DNA of 64,000 nucleotides from Auanema rhodensis. Taxonomy: Eukaryota > Animalia > Nematoda. The notes below the pieces were generated by a model, which did not search any database, was not told where the DNA came from, and saw only the letters and a list, made by a program, of their open reading frames with translations. Positions 25,981 through 40,700 of the stretch are shown one piece after another. The number at the start of each line of letters is the position of its first letter. The first letter of the stretch is position 1. A program made the translations under genes and the position numbers. Where the stretch lies: NCBI GenBank assembly GCA_964057225.1, contig OZ059900.1, positions 24,180,001 through 24,244,000 of the forward strand, in the 5' to 3' direction.

Positions 25981-28716
25981 TGAACACTAGAAAAATACAA
26001 AAACACAGTATTTCCCATGAGAAATATTTTATTATGCTGGAAAACCAGTTTTTGGAAAGTTCGCTGTAAACAAGGTTTTGACTTACGATTTCATGTGTTC
26101 AAACTCATGCAATGTCAATGAAACCTAGCTCAAAATTGTTCGTACAACGTCTAGTTCCACTTTCACGACAAAAAAACAGGGGTTAGAAAATTAAGGAAAT
26201 TAGCATATTCTGAGGGCACGCCCCTTATGGCTAATATTGATTAAATCGATTTTTGTTCATATGAGTCGTCAAATGCAATTAATTTCAGCGTGTTACATAC
26301 TAAAATGAAGCATTTTACATGCTGAACACTAAAAAAATACAAAAACACAGTATTTCCCATGAGAAATATTTTATTATGCTGGAAAACCAGTTTTTGGAAA
26401 TTTCGCTGTAAACAAGGTTTTGACTTACGATTTCATGTGTTCAAACTCATGCAATGTCAATGAAACCTAGCTCAAAATTGTTCCTACAACGTCTAGTTCC
26501 ACTTTCACGACAAAAAAACAGGGGTTAGAAAATTAAGGAAATTAGCATATTCTGAGGGCACGCCCCTTATGGCTAATATTGATTAAATCGATTTTTGTTC
26601 ATATGAGTCGTCAAATGCAACGAATTTCAGCGTGTTACATACTAAAATGAAGCATTTTACATGCTGAACACTAGAAAAATACAAAAACACAGTATTTCCC
26701 ATGAGAAATATTTTATTATGCTGGAAAACCAGTTTTTGGAAATTTCGCTGTAAACAAGGTTTTGACTTACGATTTCATGTGTTCAAACTCATGCAATGTC
26801 AATGAAACCTAGCTCAAAATTGTTCCTACAACGTCTAGTTCCACTTTCACGACAACAAAACAGGGGTTAGAAAATTAAGGAAATTAGCATATTCTGAGGG
26901 CACGCCCCTTATGGCTAATATTGATTAAATCGATTTTTGTTCATATGAGTCGTCAAATGCAACGAATTTCAGCGTGTTACATACTAAAATGAAGCATTTC
27001 ACATGCTGAACACTGAAAAAATACAAAAACACAGTATTTCCCATGAGAAATATTTTATTATGCTGGAAAACCAGTTTTTGGAAATTTCGCTGTAAACAAG
27101 GTTTTGACTTACGATTTCATGTGTTCAAACTCATGCAATGTCAATGAAACCTAGCTCAAAATTGTTCCTACAACGTCTAGTTCCACTTTCACGACAACAA
27201 AACAGGGGTTAGAAAATTAAGGAAATTAGCATATTCTGAGGGCACGCCCCTTATGGCTAATATTGATTAAATCGATTTTTGTTCATATGAGTCGTCAAAT
27301 GCAACGAATTTCAGCGTGTTACATACTAAAATGAAGTATTTTACATGCTGAACACTAGAAAAATACAAAAACACAGTATTTCCCATAAGAAATATTTTAT
27401 TATGCTGGAAAACCAGTTTTTGGAAAGTTCGCTGTAAACAAGGTTTTGACTTACGATTTCATGTGTTCAAACTCATGCAATGTCAATGAAACCTAGCTCA
27501 AAATTGTTCGTACAACGTCTAGTTCCACTTTCACGACAAAAAAACAGGGGTTAGAAAATTAAGGAAATTAGCATATTCTGAGGGCACGCCCCTTATGGCT
27601 AATATTGATTAAATCGATTTTTGTTCATATGAGTCGTCAAATGCAATTAATTTCAGCGTGTTACATACTAAAATGAAGCATTTTACATGCTGAACACTAA
27701 AAAAATACAAAAACACAGTATTTCCCATGAGAAATATTTTATTATGCTGGAAAACCAGTTTTTGGAAATTTCGCTGTAAACAAGGTTTTGACTTACGATT
27801 TCATGTGTTCAAACTCATGCAATGTCAATGAAACCTAGCTCAAAATTGTTCCTACAACGTCTAGTTCCACTTTCACGACAAAAAAACAGGGGTTAGAAAA
27901 TTAAGGAAATTAGCATATTCTGAGGGCACGCCCCTTATGGCTAATATTGATTAAATCGATTTTTGTTCATATGAGTCGTCAAATGAAACGAATTTCAGCG
28001 TGTTACATACTAAAATGAAGCATTTTACATGCTGAACACTAGAAAAATACAAAAACACAGTATTTCCCATGAGAAATATTTTATTATGCTGGAAAACCAG
28101 TTTTTGGAAATTTCGCTGTAAACAAGGTTTTGACTTACGATTTCATGTGTTCAAACTCATGCAATGTCAATGAAACCTAGCTCAAAATTGTTCCTACAAC
28201 GTCTAGTTCCACTTTCACGACAACAAAACAGGGGTTAGAAAATTAAGGAAATTAGCATATTCTGAGGGCACGCCCCTTATGGCTAATATTGATTAAATCG
28301 ATTTTTGTTCATATGAGTCGTCAAATGCAACGAATTTCAGCGTGTTACATACTAAAATGAAGCATTTCACATGCTGAACACTGAAAAAATACAAAAACAC
28401 AGTATTTCCCATGAGAAATATTTTATTATGCTGGAAAACCAGTTTTTGGAAATTTCGCTGTAAACAAGGTTTTGACTTACGATTTCATGTGTTCAAACTC
28501 ATGCAATGTCAATGAAACCTAGCTCAAAATTGTTCCTACAACGTCTAGTTCCACTTTCACGACAAAAAAACAGGGGTTAGAAAATTAAGGAAATTAGCAT
28601 ATTCTGAGGGCACGCCTCTTATGGCTAATATTGATTAAATCGATTTTTGTTCATATGAGTCGTCAAATGCAACGAATTTCAGCGTGTTACATACTAAAAT
28701 GAAGCATTTTACATGC
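25981..28716 (+). repeat. Tandem duplication of a 4-monomer (1,368-bp) unit
   Basis: GAAAGTTC (25981/27349 monomers) and CACTGAAAA (27007/28375 monomers) recur at a 1,368-bp offset. Confidence 0.87.
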
Positions 28717-31700
28717 TGAACACTATAAAAATACAAAAACACAGTATTTCCCATGAGAAATATTTTATTATGCTGGAAAACCAGTTTTTGGAAATTTCGC
28801 TGTAAACAAGGTTTTGACTTACGATTTCATGTGTTCAAACTCATGCAATGTCAATGAAACCTAGCTCAAAATTGTTCCTACAACGTCTAGTTCCACTTTC
28901 ACGACAACAAAACAGGGGTTAGAAAATTAAGGAAATTAGCATATTCTGAGGGCACGCCCCTTATGGCTAATATTGATTAAATCGATTTTTGTTCATATGA
29001 GTCGTCAAATGCAACGAATTTCAGCGTGTTACATACTAAAATGAAGCATTTCACATGCTGAACACTAGAAAAATACAAAAACACAGTATTTCCCATGAGA
29101 AATATTTTATTATGCTGGAAAACCAGTTTTTGGAAATTTCGCTGTAAACAAGGTTTTGACTTACGATTTCATGTGTTCAAACTCATGCAATGTCAATAAA
29201 ACCTAGCTCAAAATTGTTCGTACAACGTCTAGTTCCACTTTCACGACAAAAAAACAGGGGTTAGAAAATTAAGGAAATTAGCATATTCTGAGGGCACGCC
29301 CCTTATGGCTAATATTGATTAAATCGATTTTTGTTCATATGAGTCGTCAAATGCAACGAATTTCAGCGTGTTACATACTAAAATGAAGCATTTCACATGC
29401 TGAACACTAGAAAAATACAAAAACACAGTATTTCCCATGAGAAATATTTTATTATGCTGGAAAACCAGTTTTTGGAAATTTCGCTGTAAACAAGGTTTTG
29501 ACTTACGATTTCATGTGTTCAAACTCATGCAATGTCAATGAAACCTAGCTCACAATTGTTCGTACAACGTCTAGTTCCACTTTCACGACAAAAAAACAGG
29601 GGTTAGAAAATTAAGGAAATTAGCATATTCTGAGGGCACGCCCCTTATGGCTAATATTGATTAAATCGATTTTTGTTCATATGAGTCGTCAAATGCAATT
29701 AATTTCAGCGTGTTACATACTAAAATGAAGCATTTTACATGCTGAACACTAAAAAAATACAAAAACACAGTATTTCCCATGAGAAATATTTTATTATGCT
29801 GGAAAACGAGTTTTTGGAAATTTCGCTGTAAACAAGGTTTTGACTTACGATTTCATGTGTTCAAACTCATGCAATGTCAATGAAACCTAGCTCAAAATTG
29901 TTCCTACAACGTCTAGTTCCACTTTCACGACAAAAAAACAGGGGTTAGAAAATTAAGGAAATTAGCATATTCTGAGGGCACGCCCTTTATGGCTAATATT
30001 GATTAAATCGATTTTTGTTCATATGAGTCGTCAAATGCAACGAATTTCAGCGTGTTACATACTAAAATGAAACATTTTACATGCTGAACACTATAAAAAT
30101 ACAAAAACACAGTATTTCCCATGAGAAATATTTTATTATGCTGGAAAACCAGTTTTTGGAAATTTCGCTGTAAACAAGGTTTTGACTTACGATTTCATGT
30201 GTTCAAACTCATGCAATGTCAATGAAACCTAGCTCAAAATTGTTCGTACAACGTCTAGTTCCACTTTCACGACAAAAAAACAGGGGTTAGAAAATTAAGG
30301 AAATTAGCATATTCTGAGGGCACGCCCCTTATGGCTAATATTGATTAAATCGATTTTTGTTCATATGAGTCGTCAAATGCAACGAATTTCAGCGTGTTAC
30401 ATACTAAAATGAAGCATTTTACATGCTGAACACTAGAAAAATACAAAAACACAGTATTTCTCATGAGAAATATTTTATTATGCTGGAAAACCAGTTTTTG
30501 GAAATTTCGCTGTAAACAAGGTTTTGACTTACGATTTCATGTGTTCAAACTCATGCAATGTCAATAAAACCTAGCTCAAAATTGTTCGTACAACGTCTAG
30601 TTTCACTTTCACGACAAAAAAACAGGGGTTAGAAAATTAAGGAAATTAGCATATTCTGAGGGCACGCCCCTTATGGCTAATATTGATTAAATCGATTTTT
30701 GTTCATATGAGTCGTCAAATGCAACGAATTTCAGCGTGTTACATACTAAAATGAAGCATTTTACATGCTGAACACTATAAAAATACAAAAACACAGTATT
30801 TCCCATGAGAAATATTTTATTATGCTGGAAAACCAGTTTTTGGAAATTTCGCTGTAAACAAGGTTTTGACTTACGATTTCATGTGTTCAAACTCATGCAA
30901 TGTCAATGAAACCTAGCTCAAAATTGTTCCTACAACGTCTAGTTCCACTTTCACGACAAAAAACAGGGGTTAGAAAATTAAGGAAATTAGCATATTCTGA
31001 GGGCACGCCCCTTATGGCTAATATTGATTAAATCGATTTTTGTTCATATGAGTCGTCAAATGCAACGAATTTCAGCGTGTTACATACTAAAATGAAGCAT
31101 TTTACATGCTGAACACTAGAAAAATACAAAAACACAGTATTTCCCATGAGAAATATTTTATTATGCTGGAAAACCAGTTTTTGGAAATTTCGCTGTAAAC
31201 AAGGTTTTGACTTACGATTTCATGTGTTCAAACTCATGCAATGTCAATGAAACCTAGCTCAAAATTGTTCCTACAACGTCTAGTTCCACTTTCACGACAA
31301 CAAAACAGGGGTTAGAAAATTAAGGAAATTAGCATATTCTGAGGGCACGCCCCTTATGGCTAATATTGATTAAATCGATTTTTGTTCATATGAGTCGTCA
31401 AATGCAACGAATTTCAGCGTGTTACATACTAAAATGAAGCATTTCACATGCTGAACACTAGAAAAATACAAAAACACAGTATTTCCCATGAGAAATATTT
31501 TATTATGCTGGAAAACCAGTTTTTGGAAATTTCGCTGTAAACAAGGTTTTGACTTACGATTTCATGTGTTCAAACTCATGCAATGTCAATGAAACCTAGC
31601 TCAAAATTGTTCCTACAACGTCTAGTTCCACTTTCACGACAACAAAACAGGGGTTAGAAAATTAAGGAAATTAGCATATTCTGAGGGCACGCCCCTTATG

Positions 31701-34700
31701 GCTAATATTGATTAAATCGATTTTTGTTCATATGAGTCGTCAAATGCAACGAATTTCAGCGTGTTACATACTAAAATGAAGCATTTCACATGCTGAACAC
31801 TAGAAAAATACAAAAACACAGTATTTCCCATGAGAAATATTTTATTATGCTGGAAAACCAGTTTTTGGAAATTTCGCTGTAAACAAGGTTTTGACTTACG
31901 ATTTCATGTGTTCAAACTCATGCAATGTCAATAAAACCTAGCTCAAAATTGTTCGTACAACGTCTAGTTCCACTTTCACGACAAAAAAACAGGGGTTAGA
32001 AAATTAAGGAAATTAGCATATTCTGAGGGCACGCCCCTTATGGCTAATATTGATTAAATCGATTTTTGTTCATATGAGTCGTCAAATGCAACGAATTTCA
32101 GCGTGTTACATACTAAAATGAAGCATTTCACATGCTGAACACTAGAAAAATACAAAAACACAGTATTTCCCATGAGAAATATTTTATTATGCTGGAAAAC
32201 CAGTTTTTGGAAATTTCGCTGTAAACAAGGTTTTGACTTACGATTTCATGTGTTCAAACTCATGCAATGTCAATGAAACCTAGCTCAAAATTGTTCGTAC
32301 AACGTCTAGTTCCACTTTCACGACAAAAAAACAGGGGTTAGAAAATTAAGGAAATTAGCATATTCTGAGGGCACGCCCCTTATGGCTAATATTGATTAAA
32401 TCGATTTTTGTTCATATGAGTCGTCAAATGCAATTAATTTCAGCGTGTTACATACTAAAATGAAGCATTTTACATGCTGAACACTAAAAAAATACAAAAA
32501 CACAGTATTTCCCATGAGAAATATTTTATTATGCTGGAAAACGAGTTTTTGGAAATTTCGCTGTAAACAAGGTTTTGACTTACGATTTCATGTGTTCAAA
32601 CTCATGCAATGTCAATGAAACCTAGCTCAAAATTGTTCCTACAACGTCTAGTTCCACTTTCACGACAAAAAAACAGGGGTTAGAAAATTAAGGAAATTAG
32701 CATATTCTGAGGGCACGCCCCTTATGGCTAATATTGATTAAATCGATTTTTGTTCATATGAGTCGTCAAATGCAACGAATTTCAGCGTGTTACATACTAA
32801 AATGAAGCATTTCACATGCTGAACACTAGAAAAATACAAAAACACAGTATTTCCCATGAGAAATATTTTATTATGCTGGAAAACCAGTTTTTGGAAATTT
32901 CGCTGTAAACAAGGTTTTGACTTACGATTTCATGTGTTCAAACTCATGCAATGTCAATAAAACCTAGCTCAAAATTGTTCGTACAACGTCTAGTTCCACT
33001 TTCACGACAAAAAAACAGGGGTTAGAAAATTAAGGAAATTAGCATATTCTGAGGGCACGCCCCTTATGGCTAATATTGATTAAATCGATTTTTGTTCATA
33101 TGAGTCGTCAAATGCAACGAATTTCAGCGTGTTACATACTAAAATGAAGCATTTCACATGCTGAACACTAGAAAAATACAAAAACACAGTATTTCCCATG
33201 AGAAATATTTTATTATGCTGGAAAACCAGTTTTTGGAAATTTCGCTGTAAACAAGGTTTTGACTTACGATTTCATGTGTTCAAACTCATGCAATGTCAAT
33301 GAAACCTAGCTCACAATTGTTCGTACAACGTCTAGTTCCACTTTCACGACAAAAAAACAGGGGTTAGAAAATTAAGGAAATTAGCATATTCTGAGGGCAC
33401 GCCCCTTATGGCTAATATTGATTAAATCGATTTTTGTTCATATGAGTCGTCAAATGCAATTAATTTCAGCGTGTTACATACTAAAATGAAGCATTTTACA
33501 TGCTGAACACTAAAAAAATACAAAAACACAGTATTTCCCATGAGAAATATTTTATTATGCTGGAAAACGAGTTTTTGGAAATTTCGCTGTAAACAAGGTT
33601 TTGACTTACGATTTCATGTGTTCAAACTCATGCAATGTCAATGAAACCTAGCTCAAAATTGTTCCTACAACGTCTAGTTCCACTTTCACGACAAAAAAAC
33701 AGGGGTTAGAAAATTAAGGAAATTAGCATATTCTGAGGGCACGCCCTTTATGGCTAATATTGATTAAATCGATTTTTGTTCATATGAGTCGTCAAATGCA
33801 ACGAATTTCAGCGTGTTACATACTAAAATGAAACATTTTACATGCTGAACACTATAAAAATACAAAAACACAGTATTTCCCATGAGAAATATTTTATTAT
33901 GCTGGAAAACCAGTTTTTGGAAATTTCGCTGTAAACAAGGTTTTGACTTACGATTTCATGTGTTCAAACTCATGCAATGTCAATGAAACCTAGCTCAAAA
34001 TTGTTCGTACAACGTCTAGTTCCACTTTCACGACAAAAAAACAGGGGTTAGAAAATTAAGGAAATTAGCATATTCTGAGGGCACGCCCCTTATGGCTAAT
34101 ATTGATTAAATCGATTTTTGTTCATATGAGTCGTCAAATGCAACGAATTTCAGCGTGTTACATACTAAAATGAAGCATTTTACATGCTGAACACTAGAAA
34201 AATACAAAAACACAGTATTTCTCATGAGAAATATTTTATTATGCTGGAAAACCAGTTTTTGGAAATTTCGCTGTAAACAAGGTTTTGACTTACGATTTCA
34301 TGTGTTCAAACTCATGCAATGTCAATAAAACCTAGCTCAAAATTGTTCGTACAACGTCTAGTTCCACTTTCACGACAAAAAAACAGGGGTTAGAAAATTA
34401 AGGAAATTAGCATATTCTGAGGGCACGCCCCTTATGGCTAATATTGATTAAATCGATTTTTGTTCATATGAGTCGTCAAATGCAACGAATTTCAGCGTGT
34501 TACATACTAAAATGAAGCATTTTACATGCTGAACACTATAAAAATACAAAAACACAGTATTTCCCATGAGAAATATTTTATTATGCTGGAAAACCAGTTT
34601 TTGGAAATTTCGCTGTAAACAAGGTTTTGACTTACGATTTCATGTGTTCAAACTCATGCAATGTCAATGAAACCTAGCTCAAAATTGTTCCTACAACGTC

Positions 34701-37700
34701 TAGTTCCACTTTCACGACAAAAAACAGGGGTTAGAAAATTAAGGAAATTAGCATATTCTGAGGGCACGCCCCTTATGGCTAATATTGATTAAATCGATTT
34801 TTGTTCATATGAGTCGTCAAATGCAACGAATTTCAGCGTGTTACATACTAAAATGAAGCATTTTACATGCTGAACACTAGAAAAATACAAAAACACAGTA
34901 TTTCCCATGAGAAATATTTTATTATGCTGGAAAACCAGTTTTTGGAAATTTCGCTGTAAACAAGGTTTTGACTTACGATTTCATGTGTTCAAACTCATGC
35001 AATGTCAATGAAACCTAGCTCAAAATTGTTCCTACAACGTCTAGTTCCACTTTCACGACAACAAAACAGGGGTTAGAAAATTAAGGAAATTAGCATATTC
35101 TGAGGGCACGCCCCTTATGGCTAATATTGATTAAATCGATTTTTGTTCATATGAGTCGTCAAATGCAACGAATTTCAGCGTGTTACATACTAAAATGAAG
35201 CATTTCACATGCTGAACACTAGAAAAATACAAAAACACAGTATTTCCCATGAGAAATATTTTATTATGCTGGAAAACCAGTTTTTGGAAATTTCGCTGTA
35301 AACAAGGTTTTGACTTACGATTTCATGTGTTCAAACTCATGCAATGTCAATGAAACCTAGCTCAAAATTGTTCCTACAACGTCTAGTTCCACTTTCACGA
35401 CAACAAAACAGGGGTTAGAAAATTAAGGAAATTAGCATATTCTGAGGGCACGCCCCTTATGGCTAATATTGATTAAATCGATTTTTGTTCATATGAGTCG
35501 TCAAATGCAACGAATTTCAGCGTGTTACATACTAAAATGAAGCATTTCACATGCTGAACACTAGAAAAATACAAAAACACAGTATTTCCCATGAGAAATA
35601 TTTTATTATGCTGGAAAACCAGTTTTTGGAAATTTCGCTGTAAACAAGGTTTTGACTTACGATTTCATGTGTTCAAACTCATGCAATGTCAATAAAACCT
35701 AGCTCAAAATTGTTCGTACAACGTCTAGTTCCACTTTCACGACAAAAAAACAGGGGTTAGAAAATTAAGGAAATTAGCATATTCTGAGGGCACGCCCCTT
35801 ATGGCTAATATTGATTAAATCGATTTTTGTTCATATGAGTCGTCAAATGCAACGAATTTCAGCGTGTTACATACTAAAATGAAGCATTTTACATGCTGAA
35901 CACTAGAAAAATACAAAAACACAGTATTTCTCATGAGAAATATTTTATTATGCTGGAAAACCAGTTTTTGGAAATTTCGCTGTAAACAAGGTTTTGACTT
36001 ACGATTTCATGTGTTCAAACTCATGCAATGTCAATAAAACCTAGCTCAAAATTGTTCGTACAACGTCTAGTTCCACTTTCACGACAAAAAAACAGGGGTT
36101 AGAAAATTAAGGAAATTAGCATATTCTGAGGGCACGCCCCTTATGGCTAATATTGATTAAATCGATTTTTGTTCATATGAGTCGTCAAATGCAACGAATT
36201 TCAGCGTGTTACATACTAAAATGAAGCATTTTACATGCTGAACACTATAAAAATACAAAAACACAGTATTTCCCATGAGAAATATTTTATTATGCTGGAA
36301 AACCAGTTTTTGGAAATTTCGCTGTAAACAAGGTTTTGACTTACGATTTCATGTGTTCAAACTCATGCAATGTCAATGAAACCTAGCTCAAAATTGTTCC
36401 TACAACGTCTAGTTCCACTTTCACGACAAAAAACAGGGGTTAGAAAATTAAGGAAATTAGCATATTCTGAGGGCACGCCCCTTATGGCTAATATTGATTA
36501 AATCGATTTTTGTTCATATGAGTCGTCAAATGCAACGAATTTCAGCGTGTTACATACTAAAATGAAGCATTTTACATGCTGAACACTAGAAAAATACAAA
36601 AACACAGTATTTCCCATGAGAAATATTTTATTATGCTGGAAAACCAGTTTTTGGAAATTTCGCTGTAAACAAGGTTTTGACTTACGATTTCATGTGTTCA
36701 AACTCATGCAATGTCAATGAAACCTAGCTCAAAATTGTTCCTACAACGTCTAGTTCCACTTTCACGACAACAAAACAGGGGTTAGAAAATTAAGGAAATT
36801 AGCATATTCTGAGGGCACGCCCCTTATGGCTAATATTGATTAAATCGATTTTTGTTCATATGAGTCGTCAAATGCAACGAATTTCAGCGTGTTACATACT
36901 AAAATGAAGCATTTCACATGCTGAACACTAGAAAAATACAAAAACACAGTATTTCCCATGAGAAATATTTTATTATGCTGGAAAACCAGTTTTTGGAAAT
37001 TTCGCTGTAAACAAGGTTTTGACTTACGATTTCATGTGTTCAAACTCATGCAATGTCAATGAAACCTAGCTCAAAATTGTTCCTACAACGTCTAGTTCCA
37101 CTTTCACGACAACAAAACAGGGGTTAGAAAATTAAGGAAATTAGCATATTCTGAGGGCACGCCCCTTATGGCTAATATTGATTAAATCGATTTTTGTTCA
37201 TATGAGTCGTCAAATGCAACGAATTTCAGCGTGTTACATACTAAAATGAAGCATTTCACATGCTGAACACTAGAAAAATACAAAAACACAGTATTTCCCA
37301 TGAGAAATATTTTATTATGCTGGAAAACCAGTTTTTGGAAATTTCGCTGTAAACAAGGTTTTGACTTACGATTTCATGTGTTCAAACTCATGCAATGTCA
37401 ATAAAACCTAGCTCAAAATTGTTCGTACAACGTCTAGTTCCACTTTCACGACAAAAAAACAGGGGTTAGAAAATTAAGGAAATTAGCATATTCTGAGGGC
37501 ACGCCCTTATGGCTAATATTGATTAAATCGATTTTTGTTCATATGAGTCGTCAAATGCAACGAATTTCAGCGTGTTACATACTAAAATGAAACATTTTAC
37601 ATGCTGAACACTATAAAAATACAAAAACACAGTATTTCCCATGAGAAATATTTTATTATGCTGGAAAACCAGTTTTTGGAAATTTCGCTGTAAACAAGGT

Positions 37701-40700
37701 TTTGACTTACGATTTCATGTGTTCAAACTCATGCAATGTCAATGAAACCTAGCTCAAAATTGTTCGTACAACGTCTAGTTCCACTTTCACGACAAAAAAA
37801 CAGGGGTTAGAAAATTAAGGAAATTAGCATATTCTGAGGGCACGCCCCTTATGGCTAATATTGATTAAATCGATTTTTGTTCATATGAGTCGTCAAATGC
37901 AACGAATTTCAGCGTGTTACATACTAAAATGAAGCATTTTACATGCTGAACACTAGAAAAATACAAAAACACAGTATTTCTCATGAGAAATATTTTATTA
38001 TGCTGGAAAACCAGTTTTTGGAAATTTCGCTGTAAACAAGGTTTTGACTTACGATTTCATGTGTTCAAACTCATGCAATGTCAATAAAACCTAGCTCAAA
38101 ATTGTTCGTACAACGTCTAGTTCCACTTTCACGACAAAAAAACAGGGGTTAGAAAATTAAGGAAATTAGCATATTCTGAGGGCACGCCCCTTATGGCTAA
38201 TATTGATTAAATCGATTTTTGTTCATATGAGTCGTCAAATGCAACGAATTTCAGCGTGTTACATACTAAAATGAAGCATTTTACATGCTGAACACTATAA
38301 AAATACAAAAACACAGTATTTCCCATGAGAAATATTTTATTATGCTGGAAAACCAGTTTTTGGAAATTTCGCTGTAAACAAGGTTTTGACTTACGATTTC
38401 ATGTGTTCAAACTCATGCAATGTCAATGAAACCTAGCTCAAAATTGTTCCTACAACGTCTAGTTCCACTTTCACGACAAAAAACAGGGGTTAGAAAATTA
38501 AGGAAATTAGCATATTCTGAGGGCACGCCCCTTATGGCTAATATTGATTAAATCGATTTTTGTTCATATGAGTCGTCAAATGCAACGAATTTCAGCGTGT
38601 TACATACTAAAATGAAGCATTTTACATGCTGAACACTAGAAAAATACAAAAACACAGTATTTCCCATGAGAAATATTTTATCATGCTGGAAAACCAGTTT
38701 TTGGAAATTTCGCTGTAAACAAGGTTTTGACTTACGATTTCATGTGTTCAAACTCATGCAATGTCAATAAAACCTAGCTCAAAATTGTTCGTACAACGTC
38801 TAGTTCCACTTTCACGACAAAAAAACAGGGGTTAGAAAATTAAGGAAATTAGCATATTCTGAGGGCACGCCCTTATGGCTAATATTGATTAAATCGATTT
38901 TTGTTCATATGAGTCGTCAAATGCAACGAATTTCAGCGTGTTACATACTAAAATGAAACATTTTACATGCTGAACACTATAAAAATACAAAAACACAGTA
39001 TTTCCCATGAGAAATATTTTATTATGCTGGAAAACCAGTTTTTGGAAATTTCGCTGTAAACAAGGTTTTGACTTACGATTTCATGTGTTCAAACTCATGC
39101 AATGTCAATGAAACCTAGCTCAAAATTGTTCGTACAACGTCTAGTTCCACTTTCACGACAAAAAAACAGGGGTTAGAAAATTAAGGAAATTAGCATATTC
39201 TGAGGGCACGCCCCTTATGGCTAATATTGATTAAATCGATTTTTGTTCATATGAGTCGTCAAATGCAACGAATTTCAGCGTGTTACATACTAAAATGAAG
39301 CATTTTACATGCTGAACACTAGAAAAATACAAAAACACAGTATTTCTCATGAGAAATATTTTATTATGCTGGAAAACCAGTTTTTGGAAATTTCGCTGTA
39401 AACAAGGTTTTGACTTACGATTTCATGTGTTCAAACTCATGCAATGTCAATAAAACCTAGCTCAAAATTGTTCGTACAACGTCTAGTTCCACTTTCACGA
39501 CAAAAAAACAGGGGTTAGAAAATTAAGGAAATTAGCATATTCTGAGGGCACGCCCCTTATGGCTAATATTGATTAAATCGATTTTTGTTCATATGAGTCG
39601 TCAAATGCAACGAATTTCAGCGTGTTACATACTAAAATGAAGCATTTTACATGCTGAACACTATAAAAATACAAAAACACAGTATTTCCCATGAGAAATA
39701 TTTTATTATGCTGGAAAACCAGTTTTTGGAAATTTCGCTGTAAACAAGGTTTTGACTTACGATTTCATGTGTTCAAACTCATGCAATGTCAATGAAACCT
39801 AGCTCAAAATTGTTCCTACAACGTCTAGTTCCACTTTCACGACCAAAAACAGGGGTTAGAAAATTAAGGAAATTAGCATATTCTGAGGGCACGCCCCTTA
39901 TGGCTAATATTGATTAAATCGATTTTTGTTCATATGAGTCGTCAAATGCAACGAATTTCAGCGTGTTACATACTAAAATGAAGCATTTTACATGCTGAAC
40001 ACTAGAAAAATACAAAAACACAGTATTTCCCATGAGAAATATTTTATTATGCTGGAAAACCAGTTTTTGGAAATTTCGCTGTAAACAAGGTTTTGACTTA
40101 CGATTTCATGTGTTCAAACTCATGCAATGTCAATGAAACCTAGCTCAAAATTGTTCCTACAACGTCTAGTTCCACTTTCACGACAACAAAACAGGGGTTA
40201 GAAAATTAAGGAAATTAGCATATTCTGAGGGCACGCCCCTTATGGCTAATATTGATTAAATCGATTTTTGTTCATATGAGTCGTCAAATGCAACGAATTT
40301 CAGCGTGTTACATACTAAAATGAAGCATTTCACATGCTGAACACTAGAAAAATACAAAAACACAGTATTTCCCATGAGAAATATTTTATTATGCTGGAAA
40401 ACCAGTTTTTGGAAATTTCGCTGTAAACAAGGTTTTGACTTACGATTTCATGTGTTCAAACTCATGCAATGTCAATGAAACCTAGCTCAAAATTGTTCCT
40501 ACAACGTCTAGTTCCACTCTCACGACAACAAAACAGGGGTTAGAAAATTAAGGAAATTAGCATATTCTGAGGGCACGCCCCTTATGGCTAATATTGATTA
40601 AATCGATTTTTGTTCATATGAGTCGTCAAATGCAACGAATTTCAGCGTGTTACATACTAAAATGAAGCATTTCACATGCTGAACACTAGAAAAATACAAA

